A stretch of 24,000 nt of DNA from an uncultured Candidatus Saccharibacteria bacterium (GTDB lineage Bacteria > Patescibacteriota > Saccharimonadia > Saccharimonadales > JACDBH01): contig CAYWFI010000004.1 of assembly GCA_964458165.1 (NCBI GenBank), forward strand, positions 1-24,000, read 5' to 3'. How positions within the stretch are numbered: the first letter of the stretch is position 1; the number at the start of each line of letters is the position of its first letter. The position numbers were made by a program, and so were the translations under genes. The notes under the pieces were generated by a model that was not told the DNA's origin, did not search any database, and saw only the letters and a list, made by a program, of their open reading frames with translations. Below are positions 22,670-24,000 of this stretch, one piece after another.

Positions 22670-23404
22670 GTGGCCACAAAAACCGTAGAACTACCCGATA
22701 TAGGCCCCGTGACGCTTACTAAGCGACGGGGTAACAATAACATCCGCCTGAGCTTCACGCGCGACGGCCAACCGCGCGTCAGCCTGCCGTACTGGCTGCC
22801 TTATCAGGCTGGGGTTGAATTTATACTCAGCCGCCGCGACTGGGTGGATAAGCACCGGCCAAAGCACCGGCCATCACTGCAACACGACGACCATATCGGC
22901 AAAGCGCATCGCTTGCGTTTCGCGCGAAGAGCAGGAAGCACGGAGCCAAGAGTAAGGGTTAAAAACAATGTAGTAACAGTATCGTGCCCGGTAGATATGC
23001 CGTCTACGCATGCCAGCGTGCAAAAAGCGGCCGAGCGCGGAGCGTTAAGGGCGCTCCAGCAGGAGGCCAACCAGCTACTTCCGGTGCGGCTCAAGACTTT
23101 AGCCGGCAAATACAGTTTTGACTATAGCTCTGTGCGTACAAAACGACTAGCTTCGCGCTGGGGCAGCTGCAGCCAGCATCGTGATATCGTCTTAAACATC
23201 TACCTCATGCAGCTGCCTTGGCATTTGATTGACTACGTGCTGTTACACGAACTGGTTCACACTGAACACCTAGACCATTCGTCTGCCTTTTGGCGAAGAT
23301 TCGAACAGGCCGAACCAAGTGCCAAGCGCCTGCGACGGGAACTCAAGACACACCAGACAATAATAACTCCAACATCCAGTTTTAGCTCTAGCGTTATGCA
23401 CTAA
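22670..23404 (+). CDS. DUF45/YgjP-type HExxH metal-dependent hydrolase (M48-like)
   Basis: GTG start. C-terminal signature IDYVLLHELVHTEHLDHSSAFWRRF is typical of the family. 244 aa. Confidence 0.8.
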   Translation: MATKTVELPDIGPVTLTKRRGNNNIRLSFTRDGQPRVSLPYWLPYQAGVEFILSRRDWVDKHRPKHRPSLQHDDHIGKAHRLRFARRAGSTEPRVRVKNNVVTVSCPVDMPSTHASVQKAAERGALRALQQEANQLLPVRLKTLAGKYSFDYSSVRTKRLASRWGSCSQHRDIVLNIYLMQLPWHLIDYVLLHELVHTEHLDHSSAFWRRFEQAEPSAKRLRRELKTHQTIITPTSSFSSSVMH

Positions 23405-23428
23405 ACTCTGCCATACTACAAACCGGTT

Positions 23429-24000
23429 ATGACTGACACGAACACTGCACCACCGCCACCGCAAGAGATGGCCGAGACACAACAAGGACAGCTACAAGCG
23501 CTTATAAACAGTATGGTCGACGGTGTAATAGCGACTGATCATTTCGGTAGAATCGTGCTGTACAACGGCGCCGCGCTGAACGTACTGGATAGCAACACCG
23601 CGCTAGAGGGACAATATATTGGCAATGTTCTTCGATTGCTTGACAAGCACGAACAGCCTATTGATGCCACGCGGCTGGTTGCTAATACCAAAACCCAGAT
23701 TATTTCTCGTGATTATTTGCTCAAACTAGACGAAAAATTCATTATCAACATCTACTTGAGCGTCGCGCCCGTCAAGCCCGATTTTGGCAGCGAAGACAAG
23801 GGCGGATTCGTGTTGTTGGTACGTGATATTACTCACGAAAAAAGCCTGGAGGAAGAACGCGACGAATTTGTCAGTGTCGTCAGCCACGAGTTACGCACAC
23901 CGGTTACTATAGCCGAGGGCAACCTCTCTAACACGCTTATGAGCATAGATAATAACAGCAAGCTCAGCGACATACGTAACACAGTCAATCAAGCCAGAGA
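23429..24000 (+). CDS. Sensor histidine kinase, N-terminal PAS domain plus the start of HisKA; 3'-truncated by the window edge
   Basis: My own translation from ATG 23429 gives MTDTNTAPPPPQEMAETQQGQLQALINSMVDGVIATDHFGRIVLYNGAALNVL...GFVLLVRDITHEKSLEEERDEFVSVVSHELRTPVT. That contains a PAS-like core and the H-box SHELRTP. The frame stays open to 24000. It is absent from the ORF track because no stop codon falls within the window. Confidence 0.85.
   Translation, partial: MTDTNTAPPPPQEMAETQQGQLQALINSMVDGVIATDHFGRIVLYNGAALNVLDSNTALEGQYIGNVLRLLDKHEQPIDATRLVANTKTQIISRDYLLKLDEKFIINIYLSVAPVKPDFGSEDKGGFVLLVRDITHEKSLEEERDEFVSVVSHELRTPVTIAEGNLSNTLMSIDNNSKLSDIRNTVNQAR

Overview
The window looks like a compact, gene-dense bacterial chromosome segment read in the standard genetic code. 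ORFs are long and there is no sign of UGA recoding. The gene content fits a Gram-positive-type or Patescibacteria/Saccharibacteria-like lineage: an Rpf/LysM wall hydrolase, a GH15/GH57/GT4 alpha-glucan operon, many leaderless-looking starts and many secreted repeat proteins. That lineage placement is inference only.

Layout from left to right:
- 1-770: the 3' end of tRNA-Tyr, tRNA-Thr with a terminator, a small membrane ORF and rpmG (L33).
- 844-1065: an AT-rich small Cys-rich ORF.
- 1166-5524: a tightly coupled minus-strand operon of GT4 glycosyltransferase, GH57 and GH15.
- 5713-7029: a Y-family DNA polymerase.
- 7032-8517: an uncharacterised block of one plus-strand ORF and a minus-strand string of two paralogous ~100-aa proteins plus a small basic ORF. 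Both intercistronic gaps in that string are filled by large inverted repeats.
- 8745-12263: an FNR-type oxidoreductase, a LysM+Rpf transglycosylase, a GT2 glycosyltransferase, a YdjM/DUF457-like membrane hydrolase and a small secreted protein.
- 12328-17481: a visibly more AT-rich accessory stretch with a GmrSD-type (DUF262+DUF1524) type IV restriction-like enzyme, a CAP+G5 membrane protein and a GH140/DUF4038-like secreted hydrolase.
- 17868-21410: a three-gene cluster of membrane or secreted proteins, two of which share an unusual Asn/Thr/Gly-rich repeat (SG-A-V--NT-AG-ATSGDA).
- 21540-24000: tRNA-Trp, a P-loop (AAA_33-like) kinase, a DUF45/YgjP-type HExxH metalloprotease and the 5' part of a PAS histidine kinase that is missing from the ORF track.

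The most interesting unexplained items:
- The repeat-protein surface cluster at 17.9-21.4 kb.
- The paralog pair with structured spacers beside the polymerase.
- A heptamer-rich imperfect palindromic element present twice (8078-8190 and 22551-22657).
- A consensus promoter with no downstream ORF that points antisense into the polymerase gene.

No CRISPR array, rRNA, transposase or integrase was seen.
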